A stretch of DNA of 63,815 bases, filler included, from Craspedostauros australis (lineage: Eukaryota), in NCBI GenBank assembly GCA_030167865.1. It is 10 parts of 10 records of this genome, joined end to end, with 100 filler letters (N's around TTAATTAATTAA, not from the genome) between each part and the next. Parts side by side here need not be neighbours in the genome. Positions count along the whole stretch, not along the records: positions 1 to 9,180 come from JALAGF010004365.1; positions 9,281 to 15,626 come from JALAGF010004367.1; 8 more parts are not named here. The stretch is one strand, 5' to 3'. Below are positions 1 through 10,345 of the stretch, piece after piece. The translations under genes were made by a program, and so were the position numbers. The notes under the pieces are model-generated. The model saw only the letters and a list, made by a program, of their open reading frames with translations, was not told where the DNA came from and made no database searches. The first letter of the stretch is position 1. Each line of letters starts with the position of its first letter.

Positions 1-1120
1 ACCAATTTGATCCTACGGGCCAACCTCGATCCGCAACGTGTCCATGTGGTGCCCAATGCAATCGACCCATCCAAGTTCACGCCAGATCCATCCAAACGGC
101 CGAAGGAAAGGTAGGTCAAGAGAAAAGAGACGGCGCGCTTTTCTTGCGGAGCGTGTGTATCAGAGCGATGTCGATGCGTTGTAGCTACTAGCATCGCGCC
201 GCGTATGTAAGCTGTCTCGAACTGCTCGTATCTTGTTCACGCCGTGCCAATCTGAATCAAATCAAATTAAAGGAAACTAACGCCGTGTCCAATCGGTCTC
301 CTCCTCTTTGGATTCCATATTGGCACAACCAAATTCCAGAATACGCATCGTCGTGGTGTCTCGCCTGGTGTATCGCAAAGGCGTGGACCTGCTGGTTGGT
401 ATCATCCCCAAGGTCTGCCAGGCATTACCACAGATCGATTTCCTCGTGGGTGGAGACGGGAACAAGTTCCTCAATCTGCAGGAAATGGTCGAGCAGGAAC
501 AGCTGGAAGATCGCGTGCAGTTCCTGGGCAGCGTCCCGCACGAGCAAGTCCGTGACGTGCTTTGCCAGGGTCACATCTTCCTCAACTGTTCTCTGACGGA
601 GTCATTCTGTATTGCAATCTTGGAAGCTGCATGCTGCGGGTTGCTCATCGTGTCGACAGATGTCGGTGGCATTCCGGAGGTGCTGGAGGATGATATGATT
701 CTGATGGCGAAACCCAACGTGGATGCGTTGGTGCAGCAAATCATGGAGGCAGCCTCGAGGCAGTCATCAGATGCAACCAAGGTGGATCCCTTCGAAACAC
801 ACGAACGCATCAAGTCCATGTACTCATGGGAGCAAGTCGCAGCCGATACATTGCGAGTCTATGATACAACAGCTAGTGAGAAGGAGGAGCGTAGCGGAGC
901 GAAGTCTTTGCTCGCTAAGTTGCGTCGATACAGTCGCCTTGGCGTGATCTCTGGCCTCGTCGCATGTCTCCTTGCAGTGACGATGGAATTCTGGGCTTGC
1001 GTCGTGGACCTGTGGCAACCGGTTGATGGCATTGACGTGGTCCATGAGAAACAAGCTTGCGTACGGAGAGCCGATGCAAGACATCAATCTGGCAAATCAA
1101 AGGCGAAGTGGAGAAAGTGA
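1..1120 (+). CDS. PIGA: Phosphatidylinositol N-acetylglucosaminyltransferase subunit A (GPI biosynthesis), 5'-truncated; exons 1-110 and 340-1120
   Basis: Translation NLILRANLDPQRVHVVPNAIDPSKFTPDP / RIVVVSRLVYRKGVDLL ... GHIFLNCSLTESFCIAILEAACCGL..VSTDVGGIPEVL has the GT4/PIG-A motifs. GT..AG intron 111-339 joins the exons in frame. Stop TGA at 1118-1120. Confidence 0.93.
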
Positions 1121-1282
1121 TGCAGAGTAATGCCATGCAATGTACAATTTCCAGATGGAACCAACTTCCGGAAGAAATTGTCACAGCAAATAAACCACGA
1201 ATAAACAAATTGAAGACAAACACCAAACAGCAAAAACAACCAGTAGAACAACGACGAAATGACGACGACGAGGAGCAGCAAG

Positions 1283-3871
1283 ATGACGCGTCCAACGGGC
1301 CAAATGCCGATGGAAGCGTATGTCAGAGGCGGCATCAACAGCAACAAGGCGAAGAGCAACAGACCAGGAGGAGTAGAGGAGAAGACAGGGCAAGACGCGA
1401 CGACGAACGGGGGCAAACAGGGCGAGAAAGATGGAAAGCAAGGACGAGGCGTTCGCAAGGTAGAATGCGCCGCAGGCAAGTACTGCAAGGGAAGAGGACA
1501 GGCAGCAGCAGCTGTGCGATGCATCATGTGCGGTGTACCGGCGCACAGGGAATGCAGAGCATGGATCAAGCCAGAAGAAGGCCTGGTGACACCAAGAGGA
1601 TTCCCAGTGGTGTGCACACAGTGCATCGAAAACGACAACATCACAGTGCAGGCAACGAAGGCAGGGCAGCGAAGTGTTGGAGCAGCAACAGAAGCAATAC
1701 GCAAAGCGTTGAGCAAGAAGTGGGGCAAGATGAAGGAGATCAAGGCAACGAAGGACAACAAAGATAAGGACAATAGAAAGCAAGATGGAGAAGAGGCAGG
1801 GCAACGACGTGACGGGACAAGCGGAGGAACGAACAAACCAAAGGAAGCGAAAGGAGGAGAGGACACGAGCAGCGACGAAGAGAACGAATGGGCGGACACG
1901 TGGGAAGAAGGAACCGGAGGGGACAACATGGCAGCGGAAAAGGGAGAAGAGACGGCAGATCAAGGAGGTAGCAAGAAAAGAACGGAAAGAAGCCCGCGAC
2001 ACTCAACGGCGGTGGAGCTGCCAGCCAAAAGAACGGACTTACGGGACGAGGAGCCAGAGGCGGAGAAGACGCAGGAGAAAGCACCGGAGGACGATGAAGA
2101 GACGACGAACATCATGCCAGCGACACCACAGGCAATTGGAGAAATCAGGCAGGACAACATTCACCCAACAATGGATTGTGACGATGAAACACAAGCTGGA
2201 AGCAACGAGAGCGGGATTGGAAGGAGCCGAGCACGAGAACGCGAAGCAATCGAGACACGCTACTGCGATGTACAGATGATGATCGAAGGCGGAGATGGTG
2301 CCAACGACGCAGGCACGGCGATCGACGCAGCTATTGCATCATGCAAAGAGTTCCTACGATCAATCCAACGGGTGAACGCAACAGCAAAATTGCTGCCTTG
2401 GAATCCCTACGAAGACCAAACGATTGTGCACGCAATGGAGTCATTCCCAACAGATATGACTAACCTGAAAAGGTTCTTCAAAGGAGTGAGGCCAATCTAC
2501 AAAGCGGCAAAAGAGAAAGGGTATTTGAAAGTCAAGATCAAAGCGAAAGGACCTATCAGCAAAATCACAGGAGAGCTGATGGACTACTTCCAACACATAG
2601 GAGGGAGGTTTGAAGTAGCGAAGATACAGGCCCCTTCTACAACAACGCTGGGCTGGCTCCTATACTCCACTCGACAGATCGATGCAGAAGCACTGGAGGC
2701 GGAACTCACAAAGTTAGCCAAGACCCAGGTAGCAATCACATGGAAGCGGATAGCAGACGGAGAGAAATACGATCCCAACAGGGACACGAAGAAGGACCCA
2801 AGGGCGCTTCACGTGGAATCCAGCACGGAGGATCGAGCACTAGTGGCCAAAGTACTGGAAGTGTACTACAGCACAAAGTCGAAGAAGTTCCCACTAGGAG
2901 TGAGAATGCGTATCATCACGCCATTATCCGGCATCGTCAACACAGACATGAGGAAAGGATGGTTCGAGCTACGCGAACGCCAAATGGAATGGTGCCTACA
3001 CGCGGTAGCGATGACGACCTACGACATCATCCCAGAGTGCTTGCAAGAGATTCCAGACGGCTCACATCTCACACTCAGAGAGATGGTGATGTGGATCAAG
3101 TCCACCACCGGCAACGAAAAGACGCCGCTCTTCACATCGATAGATAAGCAGTGGAGGGGCAACGGCTACGTGCTACAATTCCACCCAGACAAGACAGCGG
3201 AAGCAAGAATGGTGGTCAAAGGGCTGTTGGTCAAGTTGACTGCCGACTACGGAGAGGACGTGGAGCGACTGTTTACGTCCATGGCCCGGGTAGAAGCAAA
3301 GACGATGAAATGGGATGAGACCACAAAGAGAGTGATATCCGAAAAAGACAAGGAAGTGGAAGCAGCCATGGAGGTCGACGAAGACATGCATTTCCAGACG
3401 ACCAGAGAAGAAGATGAAGGAGACGAAGATGAAGAAGGGGAAAGAGGAGTCCCAATCAGAAGAGAGAAGGATTATGGAGATGACGACACAATCCCCTCGA
3501 TGAGAGACGCAGGCGCATGGAGAAAGGTTCGGGAAAAAAGAAGCGAAAAGAGGCGAGCGGCCCAGCAAGCACGAGAAGACGAAGGGTCGACAACATCAAC
3601 GATCACAGGGGCAAGTAGAAGCACGACGGGCACACAGAAGGAAAAGATGGCAGTGCTCCAAGAGCAGATGGGGAAGATTTTGGAAGCGCAAGCTCAAGGA
3701 TCAGTGACATCGACATTGTCGGGAAGTACCGGGCGAACCACCGGAACTACGCGAGCGCTGATGGCCGCCATGCAACAGCAAATGGAAGAGTTGAAACAGC
3801 TGGTGGTAACCACGAAAGCAGAGAACGAAGCGCTCAAGGCGGCAGAAAAGCCGGGAAAAACATTGGAGTAA
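1283..3871 (+). CDS. LINE ORF1 protein with N-terminal PHD-like finger and C-terminal coiled coil
   Basis: C4HC3 pattern CAAGKYC..CIMCGVPAHREC..CTQC. Colinear with the ORF1 at 57937-60756 (shared KIQA.STTT.GW, DPRALH.E, AKTMKWDE.TKRVISE). ATG 1283 chosen because its context gcagcaagATG is shared with the second copy. Confidence 0.85.
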   Translation: MTRPTGQMPMEAYVRGGINSNKAKSNRPGGVEEKTGQDATTNGGKQGEKDGKQGRGVRKVECAAGKYCKGRGQAAAAVRCIMCGVPAHRECRAWIKPEEGLVTPRGFPVVCTQCIENDNITVQATKAGQRSVGAATEAIRKALSKKWGKMKEIKATKDNKDKDNRKQDGEEAGQRRDGTSGGTNKPKEAKGGEDTSSDEENEWADTWEEGTGGDNMAAEKGEETADQGGSKKRTERSPRHSTAVELPAKRTDLRDEEPEAEKTQEKAPEDDEETTNIMPATPQAIGEIRQDNIHPTMDCDDETQAGSNESGIGRSRAREREAIETRYCDVQMMIEGGDGANDAGTAIDAAIASCKEFLRSIQRVNATAKLLPWNPYEDQTIVHAMESFPTDMTNLKRFFKGVRPIYKAAKEKGYLKVKIKAKGPISKITGELMDYFQHIGGRFEVAKIQAPSTTTLGWLLYSTRQIDAEALEAELTKLAKTQVAITWKRIADGEKYDPNRDTKKDPRALHVESSTEDRALVAKVLEVYYSTKSKKFPLGVRMRIITPLSGIVNTDMRKGWFELRERQMEWCLHAVAMTTYDIIPECLQEIPDGSHLTLREMVMWIKSTTGNEKTPLFTSIDKQWRGNGYVLQFHPDKTAEARMVVKGLLVKLTADYGEDVERLFTSMARVEAKTMKWDETTKRVISEKDKEVEAAMEVDEDMHFQTTREEDEGDEDEEGERGVPIRREKDYGDDDTIPSMRDAGAWRKVREKRSEKRRAAQQAREDEGSTTSTITGASRSTTGTQKEKMAVLQEQMGKILEAQAQGSVTSTLSGSTGRTTGTTRALMAAMQQQMEELKQLVVTTKAENEALKAAEKPGKTLE

Positions 3872-3976
3872 GGCCACAGAAGGTCCAGTGCACAACACAA
3901 ACCATCGGAACGGGTGACGACCGGGAAGAGGCGCACGAGATACAAACAGCTGAGGAACCGAGAGGGGACTCGGCGA

Positions 3977-6900
3977 ATGGTTAGACCAGCAGGGCAAGAG
4001 CAACAGTCAGTGGCAGCATGGCGACAGACTTGGAGCCCACAACAAGCGCCGGCGGATCGAGAGGTTATACCGCAACAGACCGACCGCGGAAGACGACGGA
4101 AGACGAACGAGGGTGGAAGGACGAACAGGGTGAGGAGGAGAATGCTAAGGAAGCAAGAAGGACAGCTGCGGGTAGGAGTGCAGAACTTTGGAGGACTGGG
4201 AAGACGACCGGGAGCAGTAGATGAAGGGTTGAAGAGGTGGATGAATGAAGGGGAGTTTGATGTATTCGGGATTACCGAGGTGAATGTGGATTGGAGGACG
4301 ACATCAGCGGAGCATACCCTGAAAGGCAGAACGCAAGAATGGTGGCCAACAGGGACGGCAGTTGCAAAAACAGCAAACAATCGAACGAGCGAGGCGACAG
4401 AAAGCAAGCAGTGGGGAGGAGTGGCGATGATCAGCAGATTCCAGGCCGCAATCAGAATCATGGGCCAAGGAGAAGATCCGACCAAACTAGGGCGGTGGGT
4501 ATGGCAGAGATACCGAGGGGCGAACCAACAGACACTCTGAGTGGTAGTGGCATATCGGCCATGTCGGCCAAGAAGCAAGGGGTTTCTCAACACGCATGCA
4601 CAACATCGGCGATACTTCAATGAGAAGAGGAAGGATAGAGAACCACGAATAGCGATGATAGAAGACCTTCAGAAAGCAATCCAGGCATGGAGATCAGAAG
4701 GTGATCATATCATAGTGGCAATGGATTGCAATGAAGATACGGACTCAACAACGATGCGCGAATTCAGAGAGAACACAGGACTACGTAACACCATGGAATG
4801 GGCGGGCAAGGACGTCAGTCGGTTACCAACACACCGACTGGGCAAAGTGCCCATAGACGGAGTATTCGCAACAGCAGGAGTACGGATTGAAGGCGCAGGA
4901 GTGAGCGACTGGGATGAAGGAATACAGCTGAGACAGGCTGATCACCGATGCCTATGGATCGACATCAGCATGGTGGCAGTGCTTGGACAATCGATGCCAG
5001 CACTCCGCAAAGCAGTGACGAGAAGAGTGAAAACAGAAGATCCAAGAATCGTGAAAAAATTCAACGAGGCATACGAGACTCATTTACGGCAACACAAAGC
5101 AAGGTCAAGAGCGTTCAGGTTGGAGAAGGATGCAAAGGAAAAGTGGACAGCGGGAATGGAGAAGGAAGCGGAAGCGTTCGATAGGATAAGAGTAGAAGGA
5201 ATTTGGAAAGCCGATGAGAAATGCCGCAGACTGCGGATGGGAGGCATACCGTATTCTAGAGAATACAAAAGAATCGAGGCACGCATCGGACTATGGAATA
5301 ATGTGGTGAGAAAGAGGAAGGGAGCCAATATCTCCTCAACGATGATGTCGAGGTTGGCGAAACGAGCGGGAGAAACAAGAAGAGTGAAGGAACTCATGAG
5401 ATGTGGCAGCGACGAAGTGGACAAGGAGCAAGCGGCGGCATATGCGGAGCTGAAGCAGTTCAGAGTGCGAGCGACGAATGCGCGAGAAAATTGGCTGGAG
5501 GGGTTGGCGGAAGCCAGAGGACTCGAGGAAGTCAGAAAGCGGGCAGAACAGAAAACGAACGACATGGGCGGCGCACAAGACATGAGCGCTGGAGCGGCAA
5601 CGGCACAACAACTACTCCAGCTGCGGAAGAAGGAAAGAGTACGAGCGACATATCGGAGAATACGCATGGCATCAGGCAACAACGCAACAGCAGGGATATC
5701 GATGGTGATCGCGCCCGACAGCAATGGGCAGTGGGTTGAGAGAACAGGCAAGGAGGAGATCGAGCGAGGGTGCATGGAGGAAAACAAGCGAAGGTTCCGG
5801 CAAACGGAAGAAACACCATTCATGCATGGGCAGCTTGCACGGGAGTTTGGATATCTGGGAGTAACAGAAGCCGCGGAGAAAACGCTCAGCGGGACGTATG
5901 AGCCACGACAATGGGTGGATGAAGGTGCCAAGAAACTTCTGGCAGGGTTGCGATCGGTCGCAAGCAGAAGCATTCCAGCGGGAATGACGACAGACGAATT
6001 CCAGCAAGGATGGAGGAAAGCCAAGGAAGACACATCGGCAGGACCATCAGGGATACACTTCGGGCACTTCAAGGCCATCGCATACCACCGAGGGAATTCG
6101 GAATTTGAAGCTAGTATGACATCGGTGGCGATGGTGAGCGGATACTCATACCAAAGGTGGAGGAAAGGCACGGATGTGGAATTGATGAAGAAGGCGAACA
6201 GTTTCCGAGTCGACAAGCTCAGAACAATCGTTCTATTTGAGGCTGACTTCAATTTTGCGAACAAAGCGATCGGAAGGAAGGCGGCCCACCAAGCGGAGCA
6301 ACAAGACAGGTTCGCGGAGGAACAATACGGCAGTCGGAAACGGCATCGGGCGATAGACCACGCGTTGAATAAGCAACTCACAATGGACTGGGCGAGGCAA
6401 ACACGAATACCAACGGTGTTGTGTACTAACGACCTGAAGAGTTGCTACGATCGGATTGTACATACGGTGGCGTCGATGGGATTGCAACGGCAGGGAATCG
6501 CACAGTCCAAAGTGGTGTGCATGTTCAGTACGCTCCAACAACTTGAGCACTACATCAGAACCGCATACGGCGAGTCCAGATTGACGTATGGCGGTAAAAG
6601 GTGGGTAGTGCCGATGCAAGGCATTTACCAAGGGAATGAAGCAGGCCCGGTCATATGGGCGGTTATCTCCTCACCAGTGCTGGACATTATGAAACGTGAA
6701 GGGCACACTGCCAGCTTCCGAACTGTGGTGAGCAATGAGGACGTCGAAATGGTGGGCTACGCATTCGTGGACGATACAGATCTAGTTGTGAATGCACGAG
6801 ATGGAGAAGACGTACAACAAACCATACAACGCATGCAACGAAGCGTGCAATCGTGGGAGAGCCTAGCAAGGGCAACTGGCGGAGCATTGGTCGTGGAGAA

Positions 6901-8804
6901 ATGCATGTGGTGGGCTGTCGATTTCAAGTGGAATGCGGACGGCACATGGAGATATGCCACGAACGAGGAGACGCCAGCTGCACTAATGATGAAGGGAACG
7001 ACAGGGATACCGCAGGCGATGCCAAGAAGCGGGTGCCATCAGGCGTTCGAAACGCTGGGAGTGAAGCTTGCGCCGGATGGCAATGACTCGGCGATCGAGA
7101 CAACGCTACGGAAAAAAGCGGAGCAATGGGTTGAGAAAGTGCGAACATGGCGCATGAGACAGGAAGACGCCGAAATTGCGGTGCGAACAGTGCTGATGAA
7201 GAAGCTGGAGTATGTGTTACCGGTGGCCCAATTGTCCAGAGCGCAGTGCAACGGCATTATGAATCCAGTGTGGAAGACTATGATGTCGAAAGTGGGCTTC
7301 AATAAGGGGTTCCCAAGGGAAATGGCGTATGCAACAGCGGGGTGGCTGGGAGCAGACATGCATGAGTTGCACACAACGCAAGTGGTGGAACACATGAAGA
7401 TGGTCCTTGAGCACGGCGAAAGGATGACAATGACAGGCAAGCTGATGAGAGGGAGCATACAAGCAATGAAGACAGAGGTAGGAGTGGGCACATCCTTATT
7501 TGAGATTGGATACAAGGAGTGGGAGTTCTTGGCGACAGCATGTTGGGTCAAGACCGTGTGGAGGGAAGCCAGTGAATGCGGCATCAAGATCCGGGAGAAG
7601 ACAGCAACGGCAGCGCTTGCACATGACAAAGATGAATGGCTCATGGTAGCTTTTCGCGATGCAGGCTACAGCAGGATGCAACAAATTCGGCTGAACCGAT
7701 GCCGAATTATCATGCAAGTAGTAAGCGTGGCAGACGTGATTGATGAGCGCCGCCAAAGAGTGATGGCCAGGCAACAATACAGCGATGAAGGCAAATGGCA
7801 AGGACGGCGGCACATCAGCTGGCCACGACAAGGCAAGGTACCGCGAAAGGACTGGAAGTTGTGGGACCAAGCACTCCGACGAGTGGCGACAACTGCACAG
7901 CAAGGGACGATGTGGGATATCACGAACGTCGGCGCAATACGCAGTGATGATGGAAAGATAATATGGGCGCGAGAGACGGCACACGAATGGCGACGATGGA
8001 ATGCAAGTGGCGGCAAGGCTTCAGGTGTTGCAGAGTACGTATGGTCGGGAGAAACGGCGAAGGAGCCGCCAGCAGACTGGAGGGTTGTCTATCTGCGGGA
8101 GCGATCAGAACGTCTGCGAGTTGTGGGCACAGGGGGCCGAGCAGGACGCCACGGAAACCAGCACAACATGCGGGTAAGACAGTCGGAGCAAAGGTGGCTG
8201 GAGGCGGTGCTCCAAGGCAAGGCGGTTATCAGTACCGATGGGTCGTACAAGAACGGACGGAGCACTGCAGCATACTCTCTCAACATCCAAGGGCAGAGGC
8301 GAGGCCAAGTGTCAGCAGCAAGCGCAGTCCCAGGGCGCGAGGAGGTGCAGAGTGCATACAGAGCAGAGATAGGCGGCATCCTGCAAGCCCTACGTAGGGT
8401 TGAGGCGATCATGGAGGCGCACGGGGCTGGCCAAGCGGTGCAAGGAAAGGAAATCATCGTCGCATGTGACAACAAGATGGCCGGGATTCATGCTGTGGAA
8501 TACACTCAGGATGTGGGCGTGTCGGTGCAACACTTTGACGTGCTCCGCGAAATCAGAAGTATCCAGCGGAGGTTGACAGTACAGCTGACATACAAGCACG
8601 TCTACAGCCATCAGCTTGAGCGAGACCGAGGCGTGAAGCAGGATGAGTATGCCGTGTGGAACGACAACGTCGATAAAGCCGCAGGGGCAGCTCAATCTGC
8701 AACGGCGGCGTATGAGGACAAAGAAATGTGCCACCAGGAATGGGCGATTTGGGTAGGCGGGAGAAAAGTGTGTACTGATACGACGTCGACACTACGAAGA
8801 TATA
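3977..8804 (+). pseudogene. LINE ORF2 (AP endonuclease, reverse transcriptase, RNase H) with in-frame TGA at 4538-4540
   Basis: APE motifs QNFGG, GITEVN, MDCNE, IDGVF, ADHR. RT motifs QYGSR, DLKSCYDRI, QGIYQG, YAFVDD. RNase H motifs TDGS, YRAEIGG, CDN, HVYSHQ, NDNVDKAA. TL*VVVAYRP corresponds to RLRVVTAYRP in the second copy. Confidence 0.9.
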
Positions 8805-9062
8805 TGTTGGCAAGTTCCGCTCACGGTAACCTACGATCGTGGAAGATGGTGTTGGTTGATAGTCGTTTGTTTACTATTTCATTACGTTGGCACTCCGATA
8901 CTCTCGGTGTCCGTTCGTTCTCTTGCCCGATGCTCTCGGCGCTTCAATCTGTGTCGTAGATTTGGTCTCCGACTATGAGTCGGTACGCGAGATCCTCTCT
9001 CGCTCCTCTCTGTATTCTCTCTCTCTCTCTCTCTCAACATCGTGTGCTCGTGCTACACAACA
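8805..9062. mobile_element. Putative LTR (copia-like TGTTG...CAACA ends) inserted into the LINE
   Basis: TGTTGG begins where LINE-like composition stops. CAACA occurs at 9035-9039 and 9058-9062, with a (CT)n tract inside. The partner end and TSD are not visible because the contig ends at 9180. Confidence 0.4.
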
Positions 9063-9180
9063 CTCCGTGTTCGATGCATACTCTGCATTCGACACTCTGT
9101 TCATTCAGTGCTGGCTTCTACTCCATGAGTACTTACCATTTGAAGTTCACCTTCAGTATCCATGATCTTCATGGGTCATC

Positions 9181-9280
9181 NNNNNNNNNNNNNNNNNNNN
9201 NNNNNNNNNNNNNNNNNNNNNNNNTTAATTAATTAANNNNNNNNNNNNNNNNNNNNNNNNNNNNNNNNNNNNNNNNNNNN
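9181..9280. other. Artificial contig linker (N44-TTAATTAATTAA-N44); also at 15627-15726, 21878-21977, 27632-27731, 30227-30326, 32072-32171, 38947-39046, 54174-54273, 62457-62556
   Basis: Identical 100-nt spacer with stops in all six frames, present nine times. Confidence 0.99.
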
Positions 9281-10139
9281 GCCTTGTGGACGGAGGCAAG
9301 GACCCAGGCTCCAGAGCAGATATCGGCGGCTTCCAAGAACAGACAGAACTGGAAGAAGATGTAGACAGTTGGATGGTCTCCGCGCTCCTCCTTTGGAAGC
9401 TTGGCAACAGCGAAGAAGGCGATCTGCATACCCTTGAGCATACCCACGATGGACATGAAGAGGAAGAAGAGGATGACGGCGACTCCATTTGGCACTCTGG
9501 CCCACATGGTGGTCTTTCCATCGAACAGGGCGACAAGGGTGATGGCCATGGCGTAGCACAGGATGGCGAGGGAGATGAGGATACGGCCCCAGTAGAAGAG
9601 GTTCTGGGCACCGTCGCGTGGTGGTTCCTTGGACTCGATTTCCTTGCCGGATGCCCAAACGAAGAACATCTGGACGAGGTAGAACGAATGCAGAAGTCCA
9701 GAGAACTCGATGGCGAGGGCGACATAGAGGGTGAAGACGGCAAAGAAGTTGTTGCTGTAGTCAAGCATCCAGAGAGAGGCGTTGCCTTGGGAGTTGAGCT
9801 GTCCGGCCATGGCGGCCATGAGGATCATGGCGGCTCCGGATCTGAGGAAGATCTGGATGATGATGTCTGGGAGACCGAAGACCTTGGTGTCCTCGAGCGG
9901 CACACTGCACTGGTTGATGGTGAATACCATGAGGAGGACCATGAACTGACGTCCCATGAGGCAGCGGTCAAGGTTGTCACCCTTGTGGGCAAGGGAGGTG
10001 CACTTGTGGCTGGTTGGGTGGGATTCTACATAGAGGTTGCGGTCGACTGGTGGGAGACCGACGAGGGACCCCTGTCCTCCCTCCACCATGTTGAGCCAGA
10101 CGAGGGCGGCGATCATGATGACGACAGCAACCACTGGGT

Positions 10140-10345
10140 TGAAAGAGCACTATCGAAAAATCATGAGGGGAGAGCAAAAGCAAAGTACCATGCCGGGATT
10201 CGAACCCGGAACCTCAGTTAGAATTACTGGTGCTCTACCGTTGAGCTACAGGCGTTGCGATTGCTGATCCGAACACAAGTGAAATTTATAGATAGTGGGG
10301 GCTACGGGAGTAACGTAATTTGCACTATACGTATTTGTGCTGATA
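10140..10345 (-). mobile_element. 206-bp solo-LTR-like insertion carrying a tRNA-like Pol III cassette, 5-bp TSD (TGGGT)
   Basis: TGGGT at 10135-10139 and 10346-10350. Removing the insert plus one TSD restores the SIT frame (KVHP-VVAVV). Ends TGAAAGAGCAC...GTGCTGATA form a partial inverted repeat. Confidence 0.85.
10186..10255 (-). ncRNA. tRNA-like sequence (non-canonical; not a normal decoding tRNA)
   Basis: D arm GCTC-AACGGTA-GAGC (A box) and T arm CCGGG-TTCGAAT-CCCGG (B box) are perfect. Anticodon-position stem CAGT/ACTG has the atypical loop AATTCTA, and the acceptor stem is imperfect. TATAAA lies ~30 nt upstream (10285-10290) and TTTT downstream (10176-10179). Confidence 0.8.

Larger units (their letters stand above)
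1143..8804 (+). mobile_element. Non-LTR retrotransposon (LINE, Ambal-like: ORF1 + APE-RT-RNase H ORF2); defective copy, 3' end interrupted
   Basis: Strongly A/G-rich sense strand. The 5' end matches the 5' end of the element at 60896. Two long ORFs carry endonuclease, RT and RNase H motifs. Composition changes abruptly at ~8805. Confidence 0.92.

Noticed and set aside
1143..1190. Hammerhead or HDV ribozyme at the LINE 5' end
   Set aside because: No CUGANGA/GAAA core in the correct arrangement and no nested pseudoknot shared by both elements.
4538..4540. Selenocysteine or programmed read-through TGA in LINE ORF2
   Set aside because: The related element has Arg at this position; CGA>TGA deamination is the simpler explanation.
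5080..7644. Long antisense ORFs within the LINEs, SIT and other genes
   Set aside because: Shadow ORFs caused by the codon and strand bias of the real sense ORFs.
9225..9236. Recurrent TTAATTAATTAA motif as a biological repeat or piggyBac target
   Set aside because: Always centred in a fixed N-run; it is an artificial contig linker.
10186..10255. Functional tRNA-Glu(TTC) or amber-suppressor (CTA) tRNA
   Set aside because: The anticodon loop lacks U33/purine-37 in the TTC register, a CTA register breaks the stem, and the acceptor stem is mispaired. The sequence lies inside a TSD-flanked insert.
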